Of a stretch of DNA of 64,000 bases, positions 51,949 through 64,000 are shown piece after piece. The position numbers and the translations under genes were made by a program. The first letter of the stretch is position 1. Each line of letters starts with the position of its first letter. The notes beneath the pieces are model-generated. The model was not told the DNA's origin and searched no databases. It saw nothing but the letters and a program-made list of their open reading frames with translations. The DNA lies in contig NC_087251.1 of assembly GCF_037042905.1 (NCBI RefSeq), positions 22,756,001-22,820,000 of the forward strand. The letters are read 5' to 3'. This DNA is from Lytechinus pictus (Eukaryota).

Positions 51949-53793
51949 TCACTCTATAATGCCTGTAATATCATGCCTTCAGACATTTCATCATTATGTT
52001 CGGAGAAACCAGCATAGAATGACAGGAATGGGACTATTGGAATTTCTTATACCTTTCATAAATGGTAACTGTACATAGTAAAATTTTCATGTACAGGTAT
52101 TTTGCAGATTGTGATGATTGAACATTTTCATGCTTCCACCCACCAAGTGTGATTGCTGAGGTGTTGTGTATTTGGGTCGTCCCATTTTCGTGGACAGATC
52201 AACTTTAAACTTGGCTCATGTGTACATGGGGGATGGGTATCAAGGTCAAAGTTGAAAGGTTACAGGTAATTTTGTACCTGAAATGTGTTTTTTGGCGAGA
52301 ACTAGAAGAGCATGTGATGGATCAAATTCATAAGTTGGCTCATGTATTTGTATTGCAGTGGTAATATTCTGATATGATATGAGGTTCAATCAGTGATCGA
52401 AGTATTGATGATGGACGAGACATACATTCTGACTATGTTAAGTCTAAAATTCTTTGAGGTTGAGTTGTTGGATTTTTTTAGTAATATATTATACGGCTGA
52501 CTTTTGATGAGTGTGTTTTAACAGTCTTTACGATTACCCATCATGAACTTTAGTACTGTCGTGTAAATATTTCATCAGACAAAATGGCTGAACACTCTTC
52601 AATCGAAATGGAGAGTAGTTTTTCTTAAAGCATAAACATCTTGAGATTGAACTTGTTTGACAGAAACTGTATTTATTGAAAGCACTTAATTAAACCTAAC
52701 TTAAAATATAAAAATTGAAACCTCTCTTGATGCACATCTCTTGTTATCAAATTCATATTTCCTGAATACAGGGTCTTTGAATAATACAGGATATCCTCAA
52801 TTCTCTAGTTAGTTTCCCTTTGAGTTTTGGTATCAAGAATTTTGAGAAATAGATTATGAGAAAAGTTCATTCTAGAAGGAAAGGAATGAAACACAAAAGG
52901 GCGGAAGTAGACAGAAGAGCATTATCTTTCCTGCTTAACATGGTTTTGACTTTATTAACAACACTCAAAACTTGGTAATGTCTTGTCTTAGTCTTCTTCC
53001 TTCCCTGGGGTAAGGGATGTGGCCAGAAATTATTTTCAGCCAATTGAAATGACAACTACACATTTGTCACTGGTAACTCAATTTTTTTCTTGCGATATTA
53101 TCAAGTTATTACCTATTCACTTGCAAATATACAGTCATAGGCAAGAATTACAATTGATTTTAGAACTTCCTTTAGGTTCACATTTTATTGTATGTTGCTT
53201 ACAATATTCCCTTATTCAGTGATGTAATTACCTTCTGATTCTCTTCCACTTAAACATTTCTTTGTAGTATTTCACAGATATATTACAAGTATGCTTAATG
53301 CAATCAAAGTATTTATTATTTACATATTTCCCGCTGATAGTGAGTGATAAAGGCATATTATCTTGGGGGTATGTTTTTGTTCAGAGAGACATGCCCATAG
53401 TTGTATTTACTTTTTCAGGTGAAGTTTGGTTGAATTGACTTTAAATTTGATTCTACTGGGTTAGCAATGAAGATAAAAGTGGAAGGACACCATAGATTCA
53501 TGAATGAATTATGTAGATTTCACTTCATTTCATGGTGTGTTATTCTCTGAAACTGATGCTAACAATCAGTAGGAAAAACAGAAACTTTACCAAATGACCC
53601 AAATGGGCAAGTATTTCTGGTAAACTGAAGGAGGAGGATTCATTATTCATTTTTAGATTAAAGTATAAATTGTCATGAATTTCATTTTTATGAATTTTGA
53701 GAAGTTGTTACTCCATGTTTGCCCTTAGAAAAAATGAAATTGCAAATGATTTCATTCTTCACATTTTTTGAAATAGTAATTTGTATACATTAC

Positions 53794-55245
53794 CCCTAAC
53801 TAGACTTTCTAGCTCCCCCTTTTTGACCTAGATAGGTCCAAATCGGCAAAAGATTTTGCCGCATCTCCTGACTTTTTTCTTTGAAGTCTGAGGCCAATTT
53901 GCGACACCCAGGTACGTGGTTCCAAAGAAATGTAACATGTTAATGCATGTCTGACCAAACATTGCTCAAAAACATTATTTCATGAACAAATCCAATGCAA
54001 GTTCTTTTTCTTGCCAAAATTCATAAATGTATCCTTATTTTTAGATTTTGTCTCGCCTGAATGAAGTTCGGCAGAGACCTAATAATTACTTTTCCTGTTG
54101 GTCCGTTGATCTGTTTTAAAATGTTAAAGCTTTTGTTCAACTTGCTTTTCTTTATTTTTGCATCAATTATGTTTGTACTTGGTACATATGATCCTTGGGT
54201 AATACCACATGTGACCCCATGAGAATGATGGGGTCAAAGGTCATCTAGGGGTCAAAAGGTCAAATTATATGAGGTCATGTTCATCCTTTTTTTGAAGTTT
54301 TTGTTCAACTTGCTCTCATTTCTTTATTTCTGCATAGATTTTGATCACACTTGGTTGAAATGATCATTGTGTTATACCACATGTGTGTTGTTAAGGAAGG
54401 TGGGGTCAAAGGTCTTCTAGGGGTCAAAAGGTCAAGTTTTTGTTCAACTTGGTCTCATTTCTTTATTTCTGCATCAATTATGTTCACACTTAGTGCAATG
54501 TTCACACTTAGTGCATGTGATCCTTGGGTAATACCACATGTGTGTACATGAGGATAATGGTGTCAAAGGACATCTAGGGGTTAAATGGTCAAATGATTTG
54601 AGGTCATGTCCATTCTTTTTTCAAGTTTTTTCAAATTCCTCTCATCTGCATCAATTGTGTTCATACTCAGTACAAATAATCTTTGGGTAATACCACACGT
54701 GTGTTCTTGAGGATGATAAGGTCAAAGGTCAAAAGATCATATTGCATGTTTTATTGATCGTGAAATCAGGCGAGACTCATGGTTCGGGAACCACCTTGTT
54801 TTACTTCTACTCATTTAAATCAATTAATTTCTATATCATTTATGATACAAATAGTGTAGGTGGCACTATCCATTGAAGAAAGAAAAAAAAAAGGAAAAAA
54901 AAAATGAAATTTATAACACAACAAAATAAATAAAAAATTACTTTTGATAACACAAACTTTTTCATATTAGAATAGAGTGTCTGACCCCAAATTATGATAT
55001 ATGGACCTTTATTTTGAGCAGAACCGTATTTCATGCATTAATTATGAATACATTAGCATAATCAATGGATGGAATCATTTTTTTTTTTCAAAAAAAGAAC
55101 TACGCAATTTTGTTGATTATGCCATGGACAACATATGTGCCAATTATCGACAGGATCGCACAGTTGATGGCCAAGATCATGAGGAGGGCTTGTGAGGCCC
55201 CTCCCCAGCTTTATAAACTATGAAAATAACTTGGTGTAATTAGGG
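53794..55245. mobile_element. Old piggyBac-like non-autonomous element
   Basis: TTAC|CCCTAA...TTAGGG|TTAA; left TSD degenerate; interrupted by a HINE-like element. Confidence 0.5.
54048..54800 (+). mobile_element. HINE-like element, different subfamily
   Basis: GTCTCGCCTGA...TCAGGCGAGAC followed by 3' hairpin TGGTTC-GG-GAACCA and CTTGTT; three core repeats with GGGGTCAAAGGTCA. Confidence 0.7.
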
Positions 55246-56343
55246 TTAAGACACTAATCATAATTGTATGTTTGTTTCAATTCATATTTAAAAAGTGATT
55301 TGCATGTCTTATTTCCTGTTGATATGCAATGTGATGATCTAGTTTGTACTTCGATAAGAAGCAAACAATTTTTATTGTATTTTGATTGAACTGAACACCT
55401 ATTATACTGAAATATTATTTATACCAGAACTTGGTCATAACATTGTAATATTTTGCATGAGGCTTTGAGCTAAAACTAACTCCTTAAAATGTTTGTGTAA
55501 ATGAGATGAATTTCTATGGTTTTGCATATAGTTGTTAACATGATACTTGTTATTTTTGCCTTGTTACGAAATTTCACAGTTATGTGAATGATGTACTAGT
55601 AATACATGATAATAGAATGTCCAGAGCTCGACATTAGCAGTGTCCCGATGGCCCGGGGCAACCAAAAATTAAGGTCAAGTCACCGAAATTCAGTAAAAGC
55701 CCACACTTGGTGGCCTGGTTGGGCTACCAAAGTTTTGATAAATTGTATTGTTTTCTATTTTAGGGCCACCAAATTTGCTTTGCAGGCCACACTATATAAG
55801 AAAGTACTGATTTTGGTGGACTAATCAGGCCACTATGAAAAAAAAGTTGGCGTGGAGCCTTGGAATATCATCTGAAATCTACCCCATCATGATCAATTTA
55901 GATCATGATGAATCTTTACAATAGTGTTATAGATATGGCATTAATAGCTTATAAGTTTATGGCGATGTGAACTTTTTTTTTTGCAAACCACACCATGAAA
56001 TCACTTTTTGTTTGGAACTATTTTCTCCTACTTGTGTGTGATGTCTTGTGACAATAATTTTCATGTTTCAAGTTTGAAATATTTTGTTAGAAATGTTTAA
56101 TCTTAACAATATTTTCATTCATTAATAAACAACAGTTTATGTTGACATTTGAAAGATAATCATTTAACTGGCTCTTATCAGTTGATTGCATGGGGCTGTG
56201 TTAAGTTTTAACCCAAACTTAAATTTAGCCATCCCATGTCAAGGTGGGTAGACCATTTTGGGAATATATTTGTGGTAATCTTCAAATGGCCATGTCCATT
56301 TAGTCAAAGCTTGTTTTAAAAATAATCAGGCAAATATAGGGTC

Positions 56344-56492
56344 TGGGGCCTGTTGCAGAAAGTGTTGTGTTTAAAGCAAGTCAAAATATCAAGCGCAAGT
56401 CCCGAATGCGGGTGCTTCATTGGCTGAAAATCAAGTTGCGCAAGATTTTTTGAGTTGCGTTTGATTGCAACTCTTTCTGCAACGGGCCCCAG
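56344..56492. mobile_element. Short MITE with CWG ends
   Basis: CTGGGGCCTGTTGCAGAAAG...CTTTCTGCAACGGGCCCCAG. Confidence 0.75.
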
Positions 56493-57939
56493 GTCTTGTA
56501 TCTCAGAAACATTTACTTTTGTGAAAACTGCCCCTTCATTTATGAACTTATGTAGCAAACATTTTTTTAAATAAATGGGGCTGTTTTCCCAAAAGGTCAG
56601 GTTTTGAGATTAAGTGACTGCTGGTTCAAAGTTTGTGCAGAAGGAAGACAAGATCTCTCTGCCGAAAGCGCATTTGAAACATTTTCTCCTGTGCGATCTT
56701 ACAGTTTATATGTACATTTCTTTTGCCACATTTTGGACATCCTACATGTTCCCAAATACTTATTTGTATGTGCCATGTAAAAAAATACACCTGATTGTTT
56801 TCTGTAAGCTGTGTGGAGTGAGTTTGTACCCAGCGTTGGCTGCAACAAATTTTCTATAATTTCTATAATCTTTGAAGCACAAATATCTGCATTCTTCTAT
56901 TTTGTTTTTTATTGTAAATTTATAAATGCTGCTTATGTTATTTTTTTTATATATTTTTTTTAATATCATTTTCTTACATGGCCATGCAATCTATTGTCTA
57001 TGCATGTTCTGTACATAACACTCAAGTAAATCCTTTGTGTGTGCATTTTTTATTTCTCACCTATAAGGTAATACTCTCAAAATTTTATCGACAGATTTGA
57101 AGAACAAAATAAAACATCTCTTCATTCTATTTTACACTATTTTGTTGTAAAGTTAATGTAGAATTTCTGTAACTTGCAATAAGTTTTGAAATATTTTTTT
57201 TTGTATCTGTACAATGTGTATTGAATAGTTTTTAATACTGAAATAGCCACACACAAGAACACAAACGTTTTGCCATGTGTATCCCTTAAATTGTAATGTG
57301 TTCAATAACCAAGATTTCCATGAAAGGATTAAAAAGGTGCTCTTTTACATTCTTAATCAAAATATCAAGACATAATTTATTCATCAATTTACCATTGCAA
57401 ATCATATATTTTGTTAAGCGTTTATGGAAACAGATTTACATGGTTTGTGTGCTTCATACATAATTTTGATGTTGATTAATTTTCTGTTACTCTTTTGACC
57501 AACCTGTACAGTAACTCATCTATATTTAGGTATTTGTAATGTTAATACCATCTCTATCTGTCATGCTATTCAAGGGGGAGGGGAGTTGGTGACATGAAAG
57601 GTCAGCTAAAATATTTAAACTCTTTTTTTTTAAACAGATATGGATCATATATTTCCCATGGCATCACTAATTTACGAGTGCTTAAGTTATAGCCCTGATA
57701 AATAATTTGTTTATTTGGTCTTTAATGATAGTAGCCATTATCATTTGATGTATTTTAAAATTAGTATCCTTGGGGTCATTTGGGTTAAACAATGGGGAAA
57801 CTGTTATCTTGCAGTACTAAAGTGCAATAAAAATCAAACTTGTTGCATATAATAACAAAGTTTTTGTTTTACTCATTGCCTAGTGGATTTGCCTTGTTTT
57901 TGACGATTTGCAATTTGTTACTTTGCACCAGGTTAATGA

Positions 57940-58200
57940 GTGAGAGGGAGAGAGAGAGTAAAAGAGAGTTGGGTGAGATGGGGCAGAGAAGATGAATTTA
58001 AAGAAATGAGGGGTTCAACAGAGAGAGGGGGAGAGAGATGGTGGGGTACAAGAGGGGTGGGGGAATAGCAGACGAGAGAGATTTAATCATACATGAGATT
58101 TGTATAGCGCACTTTCCATCTTGATTAGATGGAAAGAGAAGGAAGGGGAGGAGGGAAACCCGAGAGAGAGAGAGACCAAAGTGAGAAAAGAGAGAGGGGA
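57940..58200. repeat. GA-rich low-complexity tract
   Basis: (GA)n and purine-rich runs; similar tract at 60990-61115. Confidence 0.7.
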
Positions 58201-58797
58201 ATACCTATGTATAGAATAACCATTATACCATGGCTATTGATGTAAACAGATATTCAGCATACAGGGAATAATCAAATCTGAAATAGTCATTTTTAATAAA
58301 CCTAGACTTCGTGTAAGCCAAGTTAGCAATTTTGTTCATTCATTATTAGCCCAAGTTTCTCTTACTTCAGAATATCTTAGTCATCTGATTTGATTTTCAC
58401 TCATTCATATCATTAGTCGAGATTAAAAAGCCTAATTTTTGCCTAACTTCCGAATCTCTGTAAGTCACCATGATATCATTCTCACTATTAGTCGAGATTA
58501 TTAAGTATACAGTTCGCGATATTAAGCGCCTCGGATGTCGAGAATTTCATGGTTCACGACCGAACGGATTCCTTATATCTTATTACCAATAATGGGCAGG
58601 CACGTTCCAATCAGGGATCCAATACTAAAATATCCTAAATATTCAGAGTGCTCGTTACAGTGGAGCCTTGATGAAAAACGATACAATGCAACTTTGAAAC
58701 AAGAAATCACTTTATACTACAAGCATCCCGGTGTATATGTACTGTATGTTATTTTTTGTTCGATGATTATTTAGCCAATATATTTTGAGTTTGAGAC

Positions 58798-59607
58798 ATG
58801 AGCTTTCAAATCGGAAACACCTATTTCATTTGTGCAACTTTACATGACGGCATTGAAGACAAACGTCGTAATCGTGAGCAACCTTCCATCTATTCTAATC
58901 GCTATCAGCGAGCCCTTCGGCTGAATGAGATGGAAAATGTTCGTTTGGAAGCTAGAATCAGGAATCTGGAACAACAACATCGTCAGAGTATTGATAAGTT
59001 GAGGGACGATAAAAAGGAAGTCCGACAGCTTTTCCGAAAGATAAGGACTAAGAAAGGCCATACTCGAGAGGAAAGGAAAATATTTTCTATGAGAATCAAG
59101 ATTGGAAGTGATTCGTGTAGAGTCGAGGAGATTTCAAATGTTGGAAACAGTCGAAGTAAAGAAGAGACAAAGAAAGATGTGCTTAAATCACGTCGTGGCG
59201 CCAAACTGCATCATTTGTGGTGTTTAAAAAGCGAAGATCTCAAACAGAATCATCGTGAATCATGTGATAAAAGGGAAAGTGATAAATGTCATCCAAGTAT
59301 CAGTGTACAAAAACATTTGACTCTGCCAACGCAAAACCCACTTCAGCCTCTGAGAAATCTTGATGGCAAACTTAGCGAGATCAAAAAAGAAGGTTCCGAC
59401 CGATTCATCACTAGGGGTTTACCAACTCTCCTTAAAACACAGTTTGGTTTTAGCGATCCCGAGGTCGGATCTATCTCGCCACCTGAATCACCACTACCAC
59501 TTCGAGGTCGACAAGCGAAGGACGCACAAGGAGTGACACGCATGATGATCGCAGAAGCGATGTCGTGGAATCAGCGAAGATGGAAGTTCAGAGTATATCA
59601 TCAGTAA
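58798..59607 (+). CDS. Intronless hypothetical coiled-coil basic protein (269 aa)
   Basis: 810-nt ORF, the longest in an AT-rich window; heptad-like NEMENVRLEARIRNLEQQHRQSIDKLRDDKKEVRQLF; ATTAAA at about 59735. Confidence 0.65.
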   Translation: MSFQIGNTYFICATLHDGIEDKRRNREQPSIYSNRYQRALRLNEMENVRLEARIRNLEQQHRQSIDKLRDDKKEVRQLFRKIRTKKGHTREERKIFSMRIKIGSDSCRVEEISNVGNSRSKEETKKDVLKSRRGAKLHHLWCLKSEDLKQNHRESCDKRESDKCHPSISVQKHLTLPTQNPLQPLRNLDGKLSEIKKEGSDRFITRGLPTLLKTQFGFSDPEVGSISPPESPLPLRGRQAKDAQGVTRMMIAEAMSWNQRRWKFRVYHQ

Positions 59608-61226
59608 TTTCATCACAGAATCAACGTGGAACAGGAATTGATACATCAAATTATAAGAAAATTATCAATTTCAAACAATATACAATAATTATATTAATCT
59701 GAGTCAGATATTTATGTGCATTAATTAGTTGATAATTAAAGCATGACCCTGTCAAAGGATGCGACTTGCCTTTATTGTCGGCATGATGATTTGAGCTCAT
59801 AAAGAAAGGGGATTTTAGTTAGCGATGGGCATAAATATATAAAATGAAAATACCATATTTCAATACCATTTTATATAGGCACATTGTGTGTTATTACGTC
59901 TAATGACAATTTTATTTTCATTAATACAATGTATGATAACATAGCGCTGGAGGCCTGACATCATCAAGGGCTTATAGGCGTCATTTGGCCGACATCGAAA
60001 CCCTAACTTTCATTGTCTCGCATGCCTTAGCCCACTCGTTCACGAAACCACCACTACGTCACCGAACTATTCAGATACCAGACAGAACTGATGTTGGCCA
60101 AGGATTCATGTGGGCAAAATACATTCATGTTGATTTAGCTTCTAGTAATCATGCGTGCATCCCCTTCCTTATAATGATTTTTTTTTCAATTCTAAATATC
60201 AGATTTTTAAAGAAATTTCATAATTGGATTGTTGACTTGTTTAATAAGTCATATTTAAAAACGAATCCAAAAACCATACACAGATACCAGTCTAATATTG
60301 AATTCGTAGTAAAATGTACACTGTCACGGTCCATTCAAATTTATTTTACAATCTTCGATATATTCAGAGTGTACAGACTGATTCTATGATAAAAAGGGAT
60401 AGCACCGGGCCGGGGAATTCTAATGGGGGGGGGGGGGGGGCACGGGAGACAAATGGGACGTCTCCCTCTCGATCATAAATATATGAACACGGTGGTGTAG
60501 GTATTAGACACACCTCTCGTTTTCATTTCCCCATCCTTCCTCCCTCTTTCTCCTCATTCCCCCAACTATAAAATCACGGACGGCGGTCACAACAGCTCCC
60601 CTATAGCAATACCCCTGAAAAGGAATAAACGATTTGTTTATTATTTCAGTTCTTCTATTTGTGTCTTACGGACTGCTCTTTTTTTTTTAAGAAGAGTTTG
60701 ATACCTGCATGTAGGCCTGTGCTTCGGTACTTTTCTGTTTACGTATTCTTTATTGTTCTGTCCGTTCTATGTACATTATTTGATTTCTTGAATGTTCACC
60801 ACCTTTACTTTCCTATAGTTAACCACTTTTTCTTTGTCACAAAGTTTTCATATAAAATATGAGTATCTTTCAAACAATAAACAAAAGTGGGTCGACATAT
60901 TAAAATATGGAGATGCCGACCCCCCTGAAAGCGAGTCGCTTTATTATCAGGCTATAGTTTATAAAAGGACAAAGCTAATATTATGAGAGAAGTGACAAAG
61001 CAGATAGGAGTGACAGAGAGTGTACAGAGGGAGAGACGGGTAATAGAGAGTCCGAGGGTGGGCAAAAAAGAGCGAGTGGGAAAGAGAGAGGGGGGGGGGG
61101 GAGAGAGGGGGGTTGGCATTGAAGGGAAATTCGGGATGGACGAAGTTTATCAAGAAAAACATCAAAATTTGGGATAACAAGAAAGTTATAGTTTTATAAT
61201 TATGTTAATAAGAAAGTAAAAAAGGG

Positions 61227-61265
61227 GCCTAAGCTTTCGATCCTAGCAGAATCTTCGTCGGAGGC
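61227..61265 (-). other. Penelope-type terminal motif / degenerate minimal hammerhead ribozyme
   Basis: Minus strand GCCT-CCGACGA-A-GATTCT-GCT-AGGATC-GAAA-GC-TT-AGGC; stems I and II pair; core U4 is C. Confidence 0.45.
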
Positions 61266-61979
61266 AAAATGACAAACATATAACACAGTAAAAATTCTGT
61301 TTATAACTTTTTATTCAACGCTGTTAATTATCAACCTTACAGTAGTTATTTTTTAAGTGTTTAAACCGGGGGATTAAATAAGTGTTTAAAATCTTAAAGG
61401 ATATATTTTCTACATTATTTTAATTCTCAATAATTTAAGCATGCATGGTTGTTTCATCTGCTAAACAACTCAGATGCTCTTTTGAATTATAGCCTACTAG
61501 GCAAATAGACTGATAATTTATATAGGGGTCAAACAATAACATTTTAAAAGCACAAGCTTATTTATTTTCCAGAAACGGAATTCATAAAAATTCTTTATAA
61601 AATAACCCCACCCCCATGGCCTTGCAACTAAAGTGACGTTTGCTGCTGATATATGCTCACTCTCGCATCACGAATGAATCTTAATTCGCATAGAACTTAT
61701 AGTAAATGAATGGAGCAGAATTTCTGCTAAATCAATTTGCTTAAAACTCGAGGGGTCGAAGGGCGGGGTCCCGGGTTTGCTTCTTTTTATCTGTTATGGA
61801 TATCCTCGGTCCCTCGCCTTTACGTACACGATGCGGGTTATTACGGGTATTGTTCAGTATGGTATTTTTAGTCAGATTGTAATTATATTATCGTAATTAT
61901 TTATTATTATTGTTGTCATTTATTTCTTAATAAATATATAAATAACATTCCAGTTTGATAGACCGAAAAAAAAAACACA

Positions 61980-62068
61980 TCCACCGAGCCGGATTCGAAC
62001 CAGCGACCTAAGGATAACAGTTTTCTTTCATCTACAGTCCTCCGCTCTACCAACTGAGCTATCGGTGG
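61980..62068 (-). tRNA. trnY-GUA: tRNA-Tyr (GUA) with 16-nt intron (62016-62031)
   Basis: CCACCGATAGCTCAGTTGGTAGAGCGGAGGACTGTAG[ATGAAAGAAAACTGTT]ATCCTTAGGTCGCTGGTTCGAATCCGGCTCGGTGGA; full cloverleaf, intron after position 37, oligo-T terminator at about 61965-61975, TATA-like box at about 62095. Confidence 0.95.
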
Positions 62069-62426
62069 TTGCTTGTCAGAAGGGTGCAAGTAAAGTATAT
62101 AATGGAATGATCGTTACATACGTCTATTATCGTCACGTGATCATGTTGTTATCACTAAATTTGCATAATTGAACAGTTTACACGGTCATGACGGTAATGG
62201 AAGTCGACTCAAAGCAGTACAAGGGCCACAATTTCAGGGTAATGTTACCAAATATCATGATTTATATGTCCTTTAATATACTTTATCGAGGTTGAAGTAC
62301 AAAAATGTTGAGTTTTAGTTGTCCTGGGAGGCTAGGACCGAGAAATGGTGCAACATCAGTTTGGGATCAGTCCCATCCATGTCAATCTATGTTAGGCGCC
62401 GTTGGTACATCACTTCCACTCAAGCC

Positions 62427-62954
62427 TAACCCAGAGAGCTCCCGCCCGCACAGCGGGCGGGAGCCCAGAAGCTTACCGTGTATTTTACCATTGTCACCGG
62501 ACTAGGGTGATTTATGGTCTAAATATTTCTCCAAATGAATTGTGAAAACGGAAAGTATACAATTACCACGATTATATGGATAAAGGTCTAACGAGTGGCA
62601 GATTCCTGACATCTGGGCACAGTCTGGAACCTCAAAAAACCGAAAAGTTCTCTCCTTCTACCCAGTCTCGATCGGCCATTTTGTTACGATTTTTAACAAA
62701 AATGGCCGATCGAGACGGGGTAGAAGGAGAGAACTTTTCGTTTTTTTGAGGTTCCAGACTGTGCCCAGATGTCAGGAATCTGCCACTCGTTAGACCTTCA
62801 TCCATATAATCATGGTAATTGTATACTTTCTGTTTTCACAATTCATTTGGAGAAATATTTAGACCATAAATCACCCTAGTCCGGTGACAATGGTAAAATA
62901 CACGGTAAGCTTCTGGGCTCCCGCCCGCTACGCGGGCGGGAGCTCTCTGGGTTA
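62427..62954. mobile_element. 528-bp palindromic MITE with 9-bp TSD (MULE-like by TSD length), copy 1
   Basis: ACTCAAGCC|TAACCCAGAGAGCTCCC...GGGAGCTCTCTGGGTTA|ACTCAAGCC; near-perfect ~260-bp arms. Confidence 0.9.
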
Positions 62955-63190
62955 ACTCAAGCCTAGCCTCATTACATTTACATGCCGACGCGCACAGAAA
63001 AATCAAGCCATAGAAGTCGTGTGTTGTGGACACCAGAAGTAGCCAGGAGGCGGAAAGAGTTCCATATGCACCCCCCACCAAAAATAACAAAAGATTGTTG
63101 AGACTTCCACTGTTCCAGTTCGTTCACTTCTTCAGATTTTTCTATCATTTTTTTTACTGCTGCTTACCTTAGTTCACTCACACTAATACG

Positions 63191-63718
63191 TAACCCAGAG
63201 AGCTCCCGCCCGCGCAGCGGGCGGGAGCCCAGAAGCTTACCGTGTATTTTACCATTGTCACCGGACTAGGGTGATTTATGGTCTAAATATTTCTCCAAAT
63301 GAATTGTGAAAATGGAAAGTATACAATTACCACGATTATAAGGATGAAGGTCTAACGAGTGGCAGATTCCTGACATCTGGGCACAGTCTGGAACCTCAAA
63401 AAAACGAAAAGTTCTCTCCTTCTACCCAGTCTCGATCGGCCATTTTGTTACGATTTTTAACAAAAATGGCCGATCGAGACGGGGTAGAAGGAGAGAACTT
63501 TTCGTTTTTTTGAGGTTCCAGACTGTGCCCAGATGTCAGGAATCTGCCACTCGTTAGACCTTCATCCATATAATCGTGGTAATTGTATACTTTCTGTTTT
63601 CACAATTCATTTGGAGAAATATTTAGACCATAAATCACCCTAGTCCGGTGACAATGGTAAAATACACGGTAAGCTTCTGGGCTCCCGCCCGCGCAGCGGG
63701 CGGGAGCTCTCTGGGTTA
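63191..63718. mobile_element. 528-bp palindromic MITE with 9-bp TSD, copy 2
   Basis: ACTAATACG|TAACCCAGAG...CTCTGGGTTA|ACTAATACG; nearly identical to copy 1. Confidence 0.9.
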
Positions 63719-64000
63719 ACTAATACGAGGTTAGTATATATGTATATATATATACGAACCTCGTACACCGGACCGTGTTTGACCGTAGATTTCGAAGTAG
63801 TCGGCAAACATTGCTTCATTGCTGAAGTAATATTTGCCGAAACTCCTTCTCGCTACGCACCGGGGCTCTTTCCGGTAAGTAGCAATACATAAAAAAATAA
63901 TACATATGATGTTTAACTAATTTCATTTAAAAAGAGCAAATTTCGCTTACCTCGGCCTAGCAAGTGACTTCGTTTGTCTCTTCTACGGAAATACAAGGAA

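Noticed and set aside
62427..63718. Twin palindromes as a tandem duplication
   Set aside because: Each copy has a different perfect 9-bp TSD and unique flanks.

Overview
AT-rich, intron-rich eukaryotic DNA; the repeat families suggest a marine invertebrate, probably an echinoderm (inference). (1) One + strand gene spans 7955-51948. I assembled it by hand from 13 GT-AG coding exons with consistent phases (2022 nt, 673 aa). It encodes an N-terminal hydrophobic anchor, a divergent START domain, a Ser-rich linker and a C-terminal STARD9-type START domain, and has a CpG-rich putative promoter at about 2.0-2.5 kb. (2) Its 28.8-kb first coding intron holds a 14.5-kb Academ-like foldback element (TAG termini, TTA target duplication). 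The arms are tandem arrays of the RFX X-box palindrome GTTGCCATGGCAAC, and a 9-kb Tc1/mariner-like element with further nested insertions sits inside. (3) Many other non-autonomous DNA transposons are present (hAT, Kolobok, Tc1/mariner, PIF/Harbinger, EnSpm and piggyBac-like), often nested, plus three Helentron/HINE-like elements carrying AGGTCA DR1 arrays, a tRNA-derived SINE and a LINE 3' fragment. (4) Downstream are an intronless 269-aa coiled-coil ORF, a degenerate Penelope-type hammerhead motif, an intron-containing tRNA-Tyr(GUA) with a variant acceptor stem, and two young 528-bp palindromic elements with independent 9-bp target duplications just upstream of the tRNA. I recognised no intact transposase. 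Superfamily calls rest on termini and target-site duplication (TSD) only.
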